Of a DNA stretch of 64,000 nt, positions 1 through 13,819 are shown piece by piece. Below the pieces are notes generated by a model. It worked only from the letters and a program-made list of their open reading frames with translations, had not been told where the DNA came from and did not search any database. The position numbers and the translations under genes were made by a program. The DNA is from Monocercomonoides exilis PA203 (Eukaryota > Protista > Preaxostyla). Within the stretch, counting starts at the first letter, position 1; the number at the start of each line of letters is the position of its first letter. Location of the stretch: contig LSRY02000059.1 of NCBI GenBank assembly GCA_001643675.2, forward strand, positions 372,001 through 436,000, in the 5' to 3' direction.

Positions 1-1908
1 TAATTAAATCTCAAATTTTCTTATTTTGAACTATTCTTGGAGTTTAAAAAAATACCAAAAGAAAAACCAAAATTTTGGCAAAAATAATAAACTGGGCAGC
101 TATGATAATAGTGATAATTTTTTCCATTATGATGATGTCTATCTTTACGAATGCACGAGTGTTTAAAAAATTTTTTTCTTAGAATTATGTTTGAATTTTG
201 TTTTTGATCTTAATGAATAAGAATTTTGAATTCAGAGATGTTAATGAAAGAATTTGAAAAAATAATGAGAAAATTAATCGACAAAATCAAAGTTAAATTA
301 TGAAATAATTTCTTTCTTTGACCCAAAAAACATTCTATATTTTGCTATGTTTTATTTGACAAAAAATGAATTCGTTTAAATTTTCATGAGTGAAATTATG
401 ATGGTATTAAAAATTAATGTGTTTAATTAAATAAAATAGATCCTTTCGTTTAAATTTCCAGTGATCATAAAAATGCATTTTATCTTCAAATTAACCTCAC
501 AACTCATAAAATTTCACCATCATGTCAATAATAACATTATTAGGCATATCTTTCCGTAATAGTAATATTTGGTGAGTTGGAATGATAATTTCAAAAAAAA
601 TTGAAAATTTTATTCTCACATTAAAATTAAACAAAATGAACTTTTCAAAAAAATAAAGACACATAAAAGTGATAATTATCGAAATTTTAACATTTTCCGA
701 CGTATGGAAATTATGAAAATTCATTGTCAGAGAAAATCAATTAGTCAATGAAATGAAAAAATCATTTCAATAGTGTCACAAGTCAAAGTTTGATGTTAAT
801 GAAAGACTGAGATGTTTTTCGTTTAAAGTTATCCCTATCATGTGTTCATTGAAAAAAAAAAAAAAAAAACAAATTAATCAAACCAATATTTTTTAGTTCG
901 AAATAAATAAATTAAAAAACAATCACACCACTCCAACAACGTTCTTGATGCAATTCATTTGTTTAACCATTTCACTTTTTCAACTATATAAATATCATAT
1001 CAAACGATATTATTTGATTTCTAAAACTGATGTGAAAATGCTGATGTAATTATTTTCTTTATTGATCATTCGATCCATGAAATGACTAAGAATATCTTGG
1101 ACAAATATCCAATTCGTGTGTTGATTTTCATAACATAGGAAATTATTTTTGATATCATAACTTTTTTCGGAGTGTTCATAATTATGAATATTCATTGTCA
1201 TTGGTTAACTAATTATCATTCTAATGAATAATGTTTCTTTATCGTTTCAAAAGACATAATTTTTCTTAAAAAATAGCATTGTCGTCATAAAATTGATCTT
1301 TTTCTTTTCAAAGTTCGTTCACGAATATTCATAAAAAATATTCTTCCCGAAATTTTTGACAGAAAAAATTTGATTGCAAAAATAATCACCCAGATGAAAA
1401 AAAAAAACCAATAGGAACGATTTATCAGGATTTTGCAGTTTAGAAAACAGTATCGAATTTTTGGATTAGCTTTGAAAATTAGCAATTTTCATTGAAAATT
1501 TCTCACATTACCATTTGCAAGCAAAAAATTTCTAGAATTAATTGTTTCTAACATTGCACTTTTAAATTATGTCAATTTTGTAAATATAAACGTTTTTATC
1601 ATAGATTTCAATTTCTCTTGTAAAATGAAATGTATAAATAATAAGTTAAGAAGAGAGAATAACAGAATTATATAAATGTTGAAAAAATGATAAATATTGT
1701 AAAAAATGAACTTTGATTGTCACTTGTTGAACGAATAATTATAAAAAACATTAATCACGAATATCTCTTGATTTAATAAATATATGTTTATGTTACCAAA
1801 ATCTATATCACACTAAAAAAATTAAAAAAAGTGAATTGAATGACGTACAATAATTATAAAGTACGACATTTATTGAAATGTAAATAGTATCATGAATAAT
1901 CACAATTG

Positions 1909-4900
1909 TCATGTTTTATGTTCATTATCTGAGTTTACACCACTTCCATTATCTTCATCATCATCATCATCTCCTTCGTCCTCTTCTCTCTCTTCATTGC
2001 TCTCATTACTATCTTCTTCTTCATCGTCTTCTTCACTCGACTCATCTTCTGTTTCTTCACTCTCTTCTTTATTCGACTCGTTTTCCTCTTTCGATTTTTG
2101 TGATCCTTTCTTTTCATTCATTTTCTTTTCTTTTTCCTCTGCTTCTTTCTCTCTCTGCATTTTTTCCAGCTCCTCCTTCAATAGATTCAACTGCTGCTGT
2201 CTGCGAACCCTTCTCTTGTAGTGCCACATCATCCTCCACCCTCCTTTCATCCACTCTTCAGCTTCTCTCACTTCACAGTGATCTCTTCCAAAACACACAC
2301 TGCCTTCCTCAATTGCCAATCGCAGCAAAAACATCCCTTCGCAATAGATGGGTGACGTTGGCAGTGGAATTATTTCTGTTCCTTCACCCTCTTCACTTGA
2401 TTCAGGATCTGATGATTCCTCTTCTTCTTTCTCTTCTTCCTCTTCTTTCTCATCTTTGTCGTTTCCTTCATTTTTCTTATCTTTATTCTTTTCTTTTCTT
2501 TCCTGCTTCTCCATCTCTTTCCTCTGCTTCTCCATCTTCTTCATTTCTCTCGCCTCGATTCTGTTCAACGCCTCAAAATACACTTCATCATCAGCCGGCG
2601 CATCTTCCGCTGCCATCAGCACAAGAATGCCACACATCTTCAGATCAAGCGATCTTCGGGGATAACCTCTGAAATAGATGCGCTGCACATATCTGGCAAC
2701 ATACCGCGCAATCGCCACAAGCACAGCAGGCGACACAAGAGGCGTGTAGAACAAGAAAGAAGCATCAGACTCATACAAGTCCAGCAGAGCAGACGCAGAA
2801 AACGCGCCATTGCCCATCCCGTCCTGCTCGTCGTCCTTCCCAAACAGCTTGGAAATGGCAAAGGCGTTGTAGCAGAGGCAGACTGAGCCATACATCGCCT
2901 GTATCATCACCTCGTGGAAGGGGTGCAGAATCGGACGAAACACTCTCACAATCGCATTCAGCGAGCTCAGTGCACGAATGAAGAAATTGGGGGGAAGATG
3001 AGACCCGTAATTGTCTGCATCAACCTCAACGTCATTTGCTCTGCAATATGCTGCTGACACTCGATTTGCCAACAGCTGAGCTCGTTTTCCTGCGAGAATA
3101 GGATGTGTGGTGGGGTGGCAGCGGCATATGAAGACTGACTGGCCTTCATTCCAAGTGCAAGAAAAAGGAGAAAGACTCTCCATAAATCGCTGGTGTTGGC
3201 GTGCCCGTTTGAGATCTTTTCGTTTTTTGCTTTCAGCTTTTCCTTCTCCTTTCTCTTCTTCATTGCCCTCTTCTTCTTCTTCTTCTTCTTCCTCCTCATT
3301 TTCATCTTCATTCTCATCATCGTCATCGTCATCATCATCTTCTCCTGACTGCTTGGACTTCTTTCTGTCCTTCTTTGGATCCAAAAACTTCATAGCTTCC
3401 TCATCCTGATAGTCCGATTTGGTTACACCCAACTTCTCTTCTTCTTTGTGTCTTTCAGCTGATGTGCACCTTTTCCCGTTGTGTGCTACAACAAAGGACT
3501 CGATATGACTCAACAATCTTTCTAACGGCTCCCACTTCTTCTTCTCTGCCTCGTCTCTCATTTCTTCATCTGCCAGCTTCTTCTCCTCTGCTTCTGACAC
3601 TTTCCCTTCTCTCTTCAGAAGCTCCTCTTTCCATCTTTTCCTGTCTGCCGCTCTCCTCATCCTCTCCACAGCACGCTGGTTCCTGTTCTTCAGCTCCGCC
3701 TCAACCTGCGTGCTCTTCACCTCCCTCATCGGCGACCCACACGTCTTGCAGATGAAGCAGCTCAGCACATCATCCCATTCAGTTGGGTTCTGCAGTGCCG
3801 TGTGCAGAGGCAGAAGTCGAATCTGCTGGTCTGTTTCGCTGTCTGGATGCCGCATCGGATCAATGTCTTCATCGTCAAACTCATTCCCGTCGTCGTCATC
3901 AGCCACAGTTATTTCCTCAAGTATTTTGCTTTCATCGATTTCTTTGCCATCTTTGCTTTGGCTCTGCAACTGGGCTTTCTTTATCTCCATTCTTTTGATT
4001 TTGATCATCTCCTTTCTTCGTGCTTTCCACACATCCCTTTCAACCTCGTTCACAATCTCCTCTCCAAAATCTGCTCCCATCGGCACTTCCTCATACCCAA
4101 CCATCTCAGTCAGCCCAAAATTCTCATCAAATTCTTTTTCTTCATCATCATCTTTCTCATCATCAGTCTTCTTCTGCTTTACAACTTGGCTTTCCTTGCT
4201 CTCTTGTTGCTGGTAGCTCATCAGCTGCCCCATTCTGCAGTCATCCAGAATATACCCATAACACCCACTCCACCCTCCTGCACCATCGATAAGATCATAC
4301 AAATGCTCAAACCCTTCTTCGTCTTTGATTGCCGGCAGAACTTCGTTGATCTTTTTCAGCTCTTCAGCATATTTTTCCTGTTCGTCTGTTTTTGTCTCAT
4401 TCTCTTTGCCTTCTTTGGCTTCATCGTGTTGTTCCTTTTCCTTCTGTGCGCGCTGCATCCTCATCGCTATTATCTCACATATCCTTTCTTCTGTCCTTCT
4501 CTGCTGGCTGGCTCTTCCCCACCGCTGCCTCATCGCACCCGACCACCCTCCTCTCTTCCTCACTCCATTTCCTGCTTTCTTCAGGATCGCCTTCACACAA
4601 CGGGGACATCTGCAGCTGAAGTGGTATGTCTCCCTCAGCTCTTCCTGCCTCCTCTCCACGCACACACAAAGCTCTGAGTAGTCTACACACACTTCTTCCC
4701 CAGCACGAATTGGGCGCAGCGTGACGACTACAATCCTTCCTCTTCTGTCGTGGCAGAAGGCAGCATTTGGGCAGCACGAGTGATTGAACATAGACCCCAT
4801 GTGAAACAGCCCAAATCCCGTGTCGCGAAATATTGTATGTGCATTACAGTCTGCTATTGACTGCGCTTGAATCAACAGTGGGATCAGAATTGAGTGGAGA

Positions 4901-5875
4901 AATGATACAGGGTATTCTGATCCACTTGCACTTGATGGATTCTTTTCTTTATTTGATTTCTTTTCTTTTTCTCGTTTATCTCTCAATTTCTTTGCGGAAT
5001 TTTCTCCGTGAATCTTAGCTTCCCATTCAAAGTATAAGCGATCCATCTCTCTCTGCCACTCATCTTCTCCTAAAGTCCACACACCTTTCCATGTCTCAGG
5101 TTTGCGAAGGCAGCAGTGACGTGCAGTTCCGGCTTCTGCCAGTTTAGTATTTCCACAGATGGTGCATTTCTGCAAATGAATTCCATATTTTAACACATTT
5201 CGCATCATTCCAATCAGTTCGTCATAGCTCATGAAAGAAAGTGCCTTTTCTATGACAGGACGTTGAGATGCATCATATTCAGCAGTTAAAGAACCTTCGT
5301 GCCCAGTCAAGTCAAAAATTCGTTGAATTGGACTCAACTTATCAAATGGAGGAACAGTTGGAAAAGATTCAGAGTACAAACGCGGAAGGAATTTCTCGTT
5401 ATGAATAAATACAGAAATAAGACGCATAACATGAATTGAATCACAATCAGATAAAAATTGTTCATCTCCATCAAGATATGCTCGACATTCATATTGATGC
5501 GCCATAAAATCTGCATCTCGGCATTTTGTAGAACAATAAAACAGTCTCTTACATCGCGAACAATATGAAAACCCTTGAATAATACACAAGAAACGAGTTT
5601 TTTAAACAAAACAAATAATCGTAATAATTCAAAAAATTGATTGAAAAAAAGTCAATCCATATTATTTGAAAAAAAATTGTATTCACTTTACCTTTATCAG
5701 GAAGTTTATCTGTGCAATATGAACAAAACATTGTTCGCGAAGTTTGATATAACACTGTTGTAATTGGAGGCTCATTTAATATTATTGTGTTCGTAGGTAT
5801 TGGCTTAATTGCTGCAACAACCCTTCCTTTTTGTGGTGTTTCGGCAAGGCAGAAGTAAGGAATCTGTTGATCCAT
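1909..5875 (-). CDS. SET and MYND domain lysine methyltransferase (SMYD-like), 2 exons (5875-5692, 5573-1909)
   Basis: Exon 1 has the N-SET motif KGRVVAAIKPI...IILNEPP and the first MYND CxxC (CSYC). A phase-1 GT..AG intron (5691-5574) joins it in frame to CSRC..YCSTKC..HQYEC. Core SET motif GSMFNHSCCPNA, then IRAGEEVCVDY and post-SET YHFSCRCPRC. Long acidic insertions. Confidence 0.9.
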
Positions 5876-6294
5876 ATAATTGTTGAAATTCTTCTTTGCC
5901 GAATGGGAATGATCATTGACGATCTGTCAAAAATAATAAATCTTTAAAATCAAAAACAGAAAAAATGCTTTATTTCCATGAGGTGTGCATTATTTGATTG
6001 ATACATCATATTTTTATTATTCAAAATATTTACTGATGACACAAAAATGGATAAAAAGCACTTTTTATACAAAACCAGTAACTGAAATTATTTTTTCATT
6101 CGGGAAATCGGAATAACTCAAATACGCTGTGTTTCTTTTTAAAAAGTGTGATAACATATTTTTATCAGTTATGCTGATCGTATGCTCAATTGTATTATAA
6201 TTTTATGTTTCTTTAACCCAAAGAATCCTAATTCTTTTCTGCATTATTCTTCATTCCATTGTTATGGGCTATCCAAATTTTGTTCATTTTATAA

Positions 6295-8037
6295 ATGACA
6301 ACTTCATCAAACAATACAGATAAAAAACATAATAATAATAGTAAGACGCATTGGTATTCAGATGGGACTTCCGTTCGAGTGTTAATAGTTATTATTCTGA
6401 CTGGAACTTATTTTCTTGTTGAGCTTATTGTTGGCATAATAACTCATTCCATAGCACTTCTATCAGATGCGGTGCATATGCTTTCTGATTTGATATCTTT
6501 GGTTATTGGTTTTGCTTTTGTACAAATTGCAAAAAAAGGTCAAACAGGAAAAATGAGTTATGGTTGGAGTCGCTCGGAGGCATTAGGAGGGTTGATAAAC
6601 TCAGCATTACTAACAATGATGGGGGCGCTAATTTTATTTGAGGCTATTTCTCGATTTGTTGGAAATCCTAAAGTTACAAACATTGTTTTACTTATTATCG
6701 TGGCAGCCATTGGTCTTTTGGTAAATGTTGTTGGGCTGATGGTTATGTCATGCGGAGGAGGTGATCCACACGGACACTCTCATGGTCATTCGCATGGACA
6801 TTCACATGGCCATTCTCATTCGAATGCTACTGAAGAGGATGCCGAAGATACTCAAAAATCCCAAAGTAAAAACTTGGAAAAAGGAGAACAACAGAGCAAA
6901 GGCGATACAAAAGCAAATGCTTCAAATGCTGGAAAGAAAAAGAAAAAACAAATGGTTTGAACATTTGTTAGTATTTTATTTATTCATTTCCCCACAAATA
7001 TTCAAATGCGTTTATTTAAAAATTCTATTCATTTATGCTTTTAATCACTTTTTGATTCCTTTGGTGCAAATATATACTTTTTTTTAAATGCTGTTTATTG
7101 AAACTTAAGAACATGAACATCCAAGGGATGTTTTTGCACATTATGGGCGATGCTTTGGGATCAGTTGGAGTGCTGATCAGTTCATTCATCATCAACTGGG
7201 CTTCCTTCGAATGGAGGTTCTATTTCGATCCCATATGCTCTCTTTTAGTTTGCTTTCTTATTCTGCGTGGGGCACTGCCTTTGTGCATCAGCAGCGCTCG
7301 CATCCTTCTGCTGGGTGCACCTCCAGATATCAGGCAAGAAAAAGTTATTGATCAGATTATGAAGGTTTGAAAAAATAAAAAGATAGATGATAAAAGTTTG
7401 AAAACCTTTGTTTTTATTTTTTTCTTTTTGAGGAATTTATTGAATTGGAATTGAGTTTTTACTGAAGCTATTTTTTTTAATCAAAATTTTTTAACAAATA
7501 AACATTTCTGTTGTTATTTATTTGTGTCTATTGTCTTGTTCAGTGTCCAGGTGTTGCCTCAATACACGACTTTCATCTGTGGACATTGCTGATGCAGAAG
7601 CCTGTTGCATCGATGCATCTCGTGATCGATCCTGGTTTTGATTTCATCACAGTTCAAAGTGTGCTTCTCCTTTCTCAAAGACGTTTTTCTTTATTATTTA
7701 TTGGATTTTTAAACATTTGTGTTATTCATCAAATGAATTGCTTTCAGATGATGTGAAATCAGTTCTTCATAAAAATGGCGTGCATATCAGCACCATCCAA
7801 CCGGAATTCGCACAAGATTCAGTATGCATTTAATATTCCGTTTTATTCATCATTAACTTCTCCATTTTTGTTCTTGAATAATCAAATAATATTTTCTATC
7901 ATTTGAATCACACAAAGATTTCTGGGTGTTCAGTGCTTAAGTCTGATGAGAAGTGCCAAATATGCAAGAAGACAGAAGGACTAACAACAGACTCAGTCAA
8001 AAGACATCCAAAAGATTCATCATCTGTTTCAGCATAA
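6295..8037 (+). CDS. Cation diffusion facilitator zinc transporter (ZnT1/Zrc1/Cot1-like), 5 exons (6295-6954, 7110-7364, 7544-7658, 7748-7821, 7918-8037)
   Basis: TM2 motif ALLSDAVHMLSD, SYGWSRSEALG, His-rich loop (HGHS)n, TM5 NMNIQGMFLHIMGDALGS, C-terminal domain IHDFHLW and GVHISTIQPEF. All four introns are GT..AG and keep frame to TAA at 8035-8037. Confidence 0.93.
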
Positions 8038-8974
8038 GTTCACCTGCTTCAGTATATTTCTTTTATATGTGCGTGTTTCTATCATATGTAATAGTCATCC
8101 ATTTCATTTTAACTGGAATTGAAGGGAATCTTTTATTGCATCATCTTTCTTTGAATTCTTCTTTTCCTTTCATTCGTTTATGTTGCCACTTCGCCTTTTC
8201 TGTGTTGAGTTGTGAAATCAACAAATATTTATGTATCATGCAAAAATTTCTCCTTTTTTATTTTTGAAAATATTATCAAAAATAAGAAAATTATGATAAT
8301 GTCACAAATTCTCTTTATGTCAATAGTAACAGCTTTGTATGTGAAATTCCAATAAAATATGATTAAAATAAAAATAAATAATAAATTTAGTAATTGAAGC
8401 TTATTTCGCAAAAAGAGAGACAGTCACAAACAGAGAAGTTATAATAAAGCCATACTCTTATCTTCAAATCATCTAATTACGAAAAACATAAAAAAAAAGA
8501 TTAAAAAAAAAAAAAATAGAAAAGAAAAAAGATTAGAAAAGCAACTAACGATGGATGAAAAGCAAGAGAAGTGCTTAAGATAATCCAAACATCAGACACA
8601 CCATTGAAAGATGTGCCTGCGTTGCATCAATTAATTAATTAAGAAATCAAAACAAAGAAACAACAAGAAAACTCACAGAAACTCCTATCTGAAGCAACAA
8701 GAGCAAACAACAGAATTGAATACTAAAGGAACAAACAATAAGACACTCAAACACACACACATAAAAAAGAAAGAAATGAAACATGAAAATTGATGGCAAT
8801 TTGAAAGGAAGATTAAGAATAACAAAGCATCAACAAAACAATACCAATCATATTTCATATTCGTTAAAAAACTTAGAAAAAGAAATAGAAAAGAAAAGAA
8901 AAGAAAAAAGAAAAGACAAAACTGTTTTTCTATTAAATTTGATATATGAAAGTGTATATATAAAGGGGAAGTCA

Positions 8975-11900
8975 TCATTGAGGAGAAGCCATAGGAATCT
9001 TCGCAGAAGGACCAGAAAGAGGAGCATTTGTTGGGAGGATGGGAGGATAGACAGGGGCTGAATCTGGAGAGAGGCCAGATGACATAGAAGAAGAAGAGGA
9101 AGAAGTATTAGTATTAGTATTAGTAATATTAGTAGTTGAAGAAGAAGGAGTCGAAGCAGAAATAGATGAATGAGCAGAATGTTGTGTGGTAGGTGAGATC
9201 TGCTGGCATTGACTGGCAGGCACAGCAGAAGAAGAAGGCGTAGCAGCATTACCATTTGAGTTAGACACATCAGTCAGAGGCGCATGGGACAGAATGCGCA
9301 GCAGAAGAGGGGCAGTCAGCGGGTGATATGGCGGAGGCACAGGAGACGTGGCAGACGTGGCAGAAGAACCAGAAAAGGACTGATTCGCCTGCCCTTTTGA
9401 AGACAGCAGCGCATTCAGCCTGGCGCGGAGGTGCTGGTTCTCCTTCATCAGCTCAGCGACGTCGGTGGCAAAGCACTGGATGGTTGAGCTGAGCGAGGTA
9501 AGGGCTGAGAGTGGGTTGTCGTCCATCATCAGAGACGGACTCAGAATAGCTTGCCTGCCGAGGGCTGGGTTAGGATTCAGGTTCTGGTGGCTGTACGAAT
9601 TGGAGGCTGGGACAGGAATTGCAGAGGAGGAGGAATAAGAAGAAGAAGAAGAGGAAGGGTTAGAAGCATTCTGGTACATGTATGAAGGAGTGGGAGCAGA
9701 AGCAGCAGAGCCGTTAGTTGTGTTTGGGTAGTTGAGGGAAGGCGAAATGTTGCCGAGCGTGGTGGAAGACGGGGAAGATGCCACAATCCGCCCCATCGGC
9801 GACATCTTCGGAGAGGACATGTCAACCGACTGGGTCACGCTGAACCGGCCGATCTTTCTTGGCTGCGAAGACAATGATTGTGACTGTGCTTGTGATTGTG
9901 CTTGTGACTGAGGCTGTGTTTGAGGTAGTCCTACCACAGGCAGCATCTGTGGCTGGAGAGGAGAGGCAGGTTTCGTCTGGCTGGAGACGCTGGGTGAGGA
10001 GCAGGTGACGAGCGAGCCGTCAGACTGGGATGAGATGGAAGAGGCAGAGGGAGTGCGGGGCGGAGGTTGGATGTTGGTGAGGCAAGGGGCTGATTGGGTG
10101 ATGGGCAGGTTGGAGGAAGAGAGAAGTGACTGCTGGAGAGAAGATGAAGGTGAAGAAGAAGAAGAGGAGGAGGAAGAAGAGGAAGAGGAGGATGGAACAG
10201 GCGAAGTAGAAATCGAATGTGATGCGCCATGGTGCGTCTGTGAATGAGGTGTTTTCTGAGGAAGCTGTTGTTGCTGTTGCATGAGCGTTGGAGACTGAAC
10301 ATGGGGAATCACTCTCTGCGGTGAGATCGGCTGAGAAGAAGGTGTAGCAGCCGCATTAGACTCAGCAGTCATGCTCTGTGAAAGCGAAGAAGGAGGAATC
10401 TTCTCTGGCTGAGCAGACGACTCCTCGCCATGCAGTGAGTTTGTCGAGGCTGTTGCGTGTATCGAGCCGAAGGGGTTGCTCCCCCCGCCTGCTGCTTTCT
10501 CCTTCTCTGCTTCTTGTTTGATGCAGCTGAAGTCCCAGTCCCCGCTACACCCTTTCGCCGGCTGCCGCTTCTTGACAGCGTCGTCCAGCTCCTCCGACGT
10601 CATCAGCAGCGACGGCTTTCGATAAGGAGAACTCGAATCGCTCGGCTGGCTCTTACTTTTGTCGCTGCCATCACTCGCTTTCTCGCTTGCTCGGTTGCTG
10701 GCAGGAGACGACGCAGCACTCTTCCCTGCCACCTTTGCCGACTGATATTCCTTCTCTATCCGCTCAGCCTCTGCTGTCCTCCGCTGCTCCACACGCTCCT
10801 CCAGCGGCGGCAGCTCGCTCACCACCATCTCTATCAGCTGGTCCTGTGCTTTTGGATTTTTAATGAACGGATGGCTAAGCAATGTGTGTGCAGTCGGACG
10901 CTTCGTCGGATCGCGCTGGAGACACAGCGACACAAACTGGTGGAAGTCCTTCGAATAAGGCTTGGACGTGTGCCGAAGCGTCTGAAGACGCTGCTTTTCT
11001 ACCTGCTGTCGCTGTCTTTCTTTCTCTTTCTCCTCTTTTCTCTTCTTCTCGGCTTCCTTCTGAATCTCTTTCTCTTCTTGCGTTTTTGCAGCATGATCAT
11101 TTACATCATCATCATCTTCTTCTTCTTCATCTTCATCAGAGCTACTATCTTCTTCATCTTCGTCGTCAGATTCACCTTCTCCTCCATATCGTTCGAGTGT
11201 TGGAGGAGGCTGGCTGATAATTGCAGAAAGCACTTTCATTGGTGGATAATTCGATCTGGGAGCAGTTCCCTTCGCTAGCTCGATAGCAGTGATCCCCAAT
11301 GACCATATATCTGCTTTGAAATCGTATCCCTTCTGAGACATTTCCACCACTTCCGGAGCCATCCAACACGGAGTCCCGACAAATGTACCTCTTCTATCAA
11401 GACGTTCACCATGTTCAATCAAAAATGCACTGACACCAAAATCCCCAAGGAAGACATGACCATTTCTATCAAGAAGAATATTTGCAGCTTTAACATCACG
11501 ATGAATTTGCCCATGATTGTGAATATAATCAAGTGCTTGAAGAACATGGCGTAGAATAACAGAAATAACTTTTTCAGAAAATCCACTTTTAAATTTGCAA
11601 CGCATAACGTCCAGACACGATCCTAAACAAATTGTGTTTTAAATAAAAATTACTCCATCGATTAAATTACAGAAAAAAGAAAAATTTACCTTCTAAAAGA
11701 GGGAGCACGAGCCAAAGAGACGTTTGATGAACGAAAGATATAAGAATATGATTTATATTTTCATGAGCTGTTTGTGCTAATATTTTCACTTCTTTCTGTG
11801 AATAAAAAAATTATGATTTCAATTAATTGAAGAAAACAAGGCAAATAAAAAAACAGAATCATATTAAAATTAGACATAATTGAAGTGGATAATTTTGCAC

Positions 11901-12094
11901 ACAAGTGATTCATCGATTGATCCTGTTATACGTTCTAAGTCCAAAATTTTTACAGCTACATATTTTTTTAATGGAATACACAAAGCTTTATACACAGTCG
12001 CTGTAGCTCCGTGGCCAATTTCACAAATTATAGAATAACACGACACATCTGACGGATAAGGAGGTGGTTCAGCATCTGAAGTACGAGCGCTCAT
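8975..12094 (-). CDS. STE20-family Ser/Thr kinase, OSR1/SPAK/Fray-like, 3 exons (12094-11903, 11795-11690, 11622-8975)
   Basis: [71 protein letters not shown]...YPPMKVL. Long Ser/Pro/Gln tail with GRFSV and a terminal coiled coil. Introns are GT..AG and in frame. Confidence 0.93.
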
Positions 12095-12126
12095 AGAATG
12101 TGATCAATCTTTGTTTATAACAAATA
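12095..12126. promoter_or_regulatory. Putative very short bidirectional promoter containing a TGATCA palindrome (12101-12106)
   Basis: Lies between the divergent ATGs of the kinase (12094, -) and the PTB-like gene (12127, +; or 12274 if the micro-exon is non-coding). Confidence 0.45.
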
Positions 12127-13819
12127 ATGTTTGCGATCACTGAGTAATCGTTTATTATCTAGCTTTCTGCTTTATCTTCACTCACCATCTAATATCGTTT
12201 GAGCAATCAACACTTTTATTCTTTTTAATTATTGCTCATCGTTCTTTTATATATTTCATTTTGTTTTAGATACATGATTGAACAATCTTTATCCCACTCC
12301 GTTCCAGCTGAGCGTGCTCCAAACCCTCCTTCTAAAGTTGTACATATTCGCAATGTTAGCTCAGGAATTACCCAGGTTTGGTTAATCTTATTTCTTTTTG
12401 CAACTTCTTGTCATTTATGTACTTTTTTATTATCCAGGGCGATCTTACGGATTTGTGCTCAAAATATGGAGCAATTTCTAATATTCTTATGCTCAAAGCC
12501 AAAAACCAAGCATTAGTGCAATTCCAAGATGTATCTGGTGCAATTAATTTCATTACTGCTTGTTCAAAATATGCACCTTCAATTCGGTATAATAAAAGGA
12601 AATTTTTTTACAAAAAGCAAGATAATTTAACATTTTTCCGCATTTATAATTTCATTTTAGTTCTGTACCCATTTATCCCCAATTTTCAAATCACTCTGAA
12701 ATTCGTATTCCAGCACCGCCAGCAGGAACAGAAAGCTCAAGAATTCTTCTTTGCACCATTCAAAATCCATTCTACTCTATTACTGTTGATGTTCTTAACA
12801 CAATCATGTCTCCATATGATACTGATCCTCGCGGAACTGTTGAAAAGATCGTTATCTTCCAAAAAACAGCAGGTCTTCAGGCACTTGTGCAATTCAGTAA
12901 CGCTGACTGCGCTGCTCGCGCAAAGACAGCCCTCGATGGAAAGAACATCTATAGCAACTGCTGCACATTGCAAATCCAATACAGCAACTTGTCGGATCTC
13001 ACAATCAAGGAGAACTCCGAAAAATCTCGCGACTTCACCAACCCTTCATTGCCAGAAAAGAAGCAAACCGGTGACGGACTTTTGGGATTTGACGGTCCAG
13101 ACGGAAGAGGCAGAGCTGGTACCGGGCTGATGGGACCAGGATCTTTTGGACGTGGCGGCATGCGCGGAATGGGAGGAATGGGAGGAATGTCAGGAATGAG
13201 CAGCATGGGTGGAATGCACGTTCAATCCGGAGATCGCTGTGTGCTTTTGGTTTCTGGCTTCCCTCCGGAACGTGTTGGATGCGAGCAGTTGTTCAACTTG
13301 TTCAGCAACTACGGTATTGTTATCCGTATTAAAATCCTGTTCACAAAGCCAAACATGGCTTTGGTTCAATTCGCCGAAGGTGTTCAAGCCAGTCAGGCAA
13401 TGAACTATCTGCGCAACGTGAGAATGTTTGGCTCCACTCTTGAAGTCAACTATTCAAAGTTCCCAACAATCACTGAGCCATCCCGCCCAAGCTCCGATGG
13501 AAAGACAGTTACATATGAGGGATCTTCACTCAACCGCTTCTCCAGATTCCGCCAGATCAACCTCCGCAACATGACTGCACCAACAGAAGTGCTGCACGTG
13601 AGTGGATTAGCCAATGGCACTACAGAGGATGCTATTATGAACCATCTGCAGCGTGTTGTGCCTGTTTCTGCTGTGAAGATCTTTGAGCACTCAGAGAAAC
13701 TCATGGCTCTTGTCCAGTTTGATTCGGTTGACTCGTCTGTGGAGGCAATGTGCCAGCTCCACAACTCTGTGCTGAATGGCAAGCACATTCGCCTGTCATT
13801 CACCAGAAACCACATCTAA
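12127..13819 (+). CDS. Polypyrimidine tract-binding protein / hnRNP L family, 4 RRMs; exons 12127-12143, 12270-12375, 12438-12586, 12661-13819
   Basis: RRM1 PSKVVHIRNV...KNQALVQF...IYPQFSNHSEI; RRM2 LLCTIQNPFYSITVDVL...GLQALVQF...LDGKNIYSNCCTLQIQYS; RRM3 VLLVS..LFNLFSNYG; RRM4 PTEVLHVSGL. Splice junctions keep frame. The start could instead be ATG 12274. Confidence 0.92.

Noticed and set aside
1-1890. AT-rich region with short ORFs and faint internal repeats (gatgttaatgaaaga at ~237 and ~793; ttatgaa.attcattgtca at ~711 and ~1182)
   Set aside because: No credible protein or element boundary. It may be an old decayed repeat but cannot be supported.
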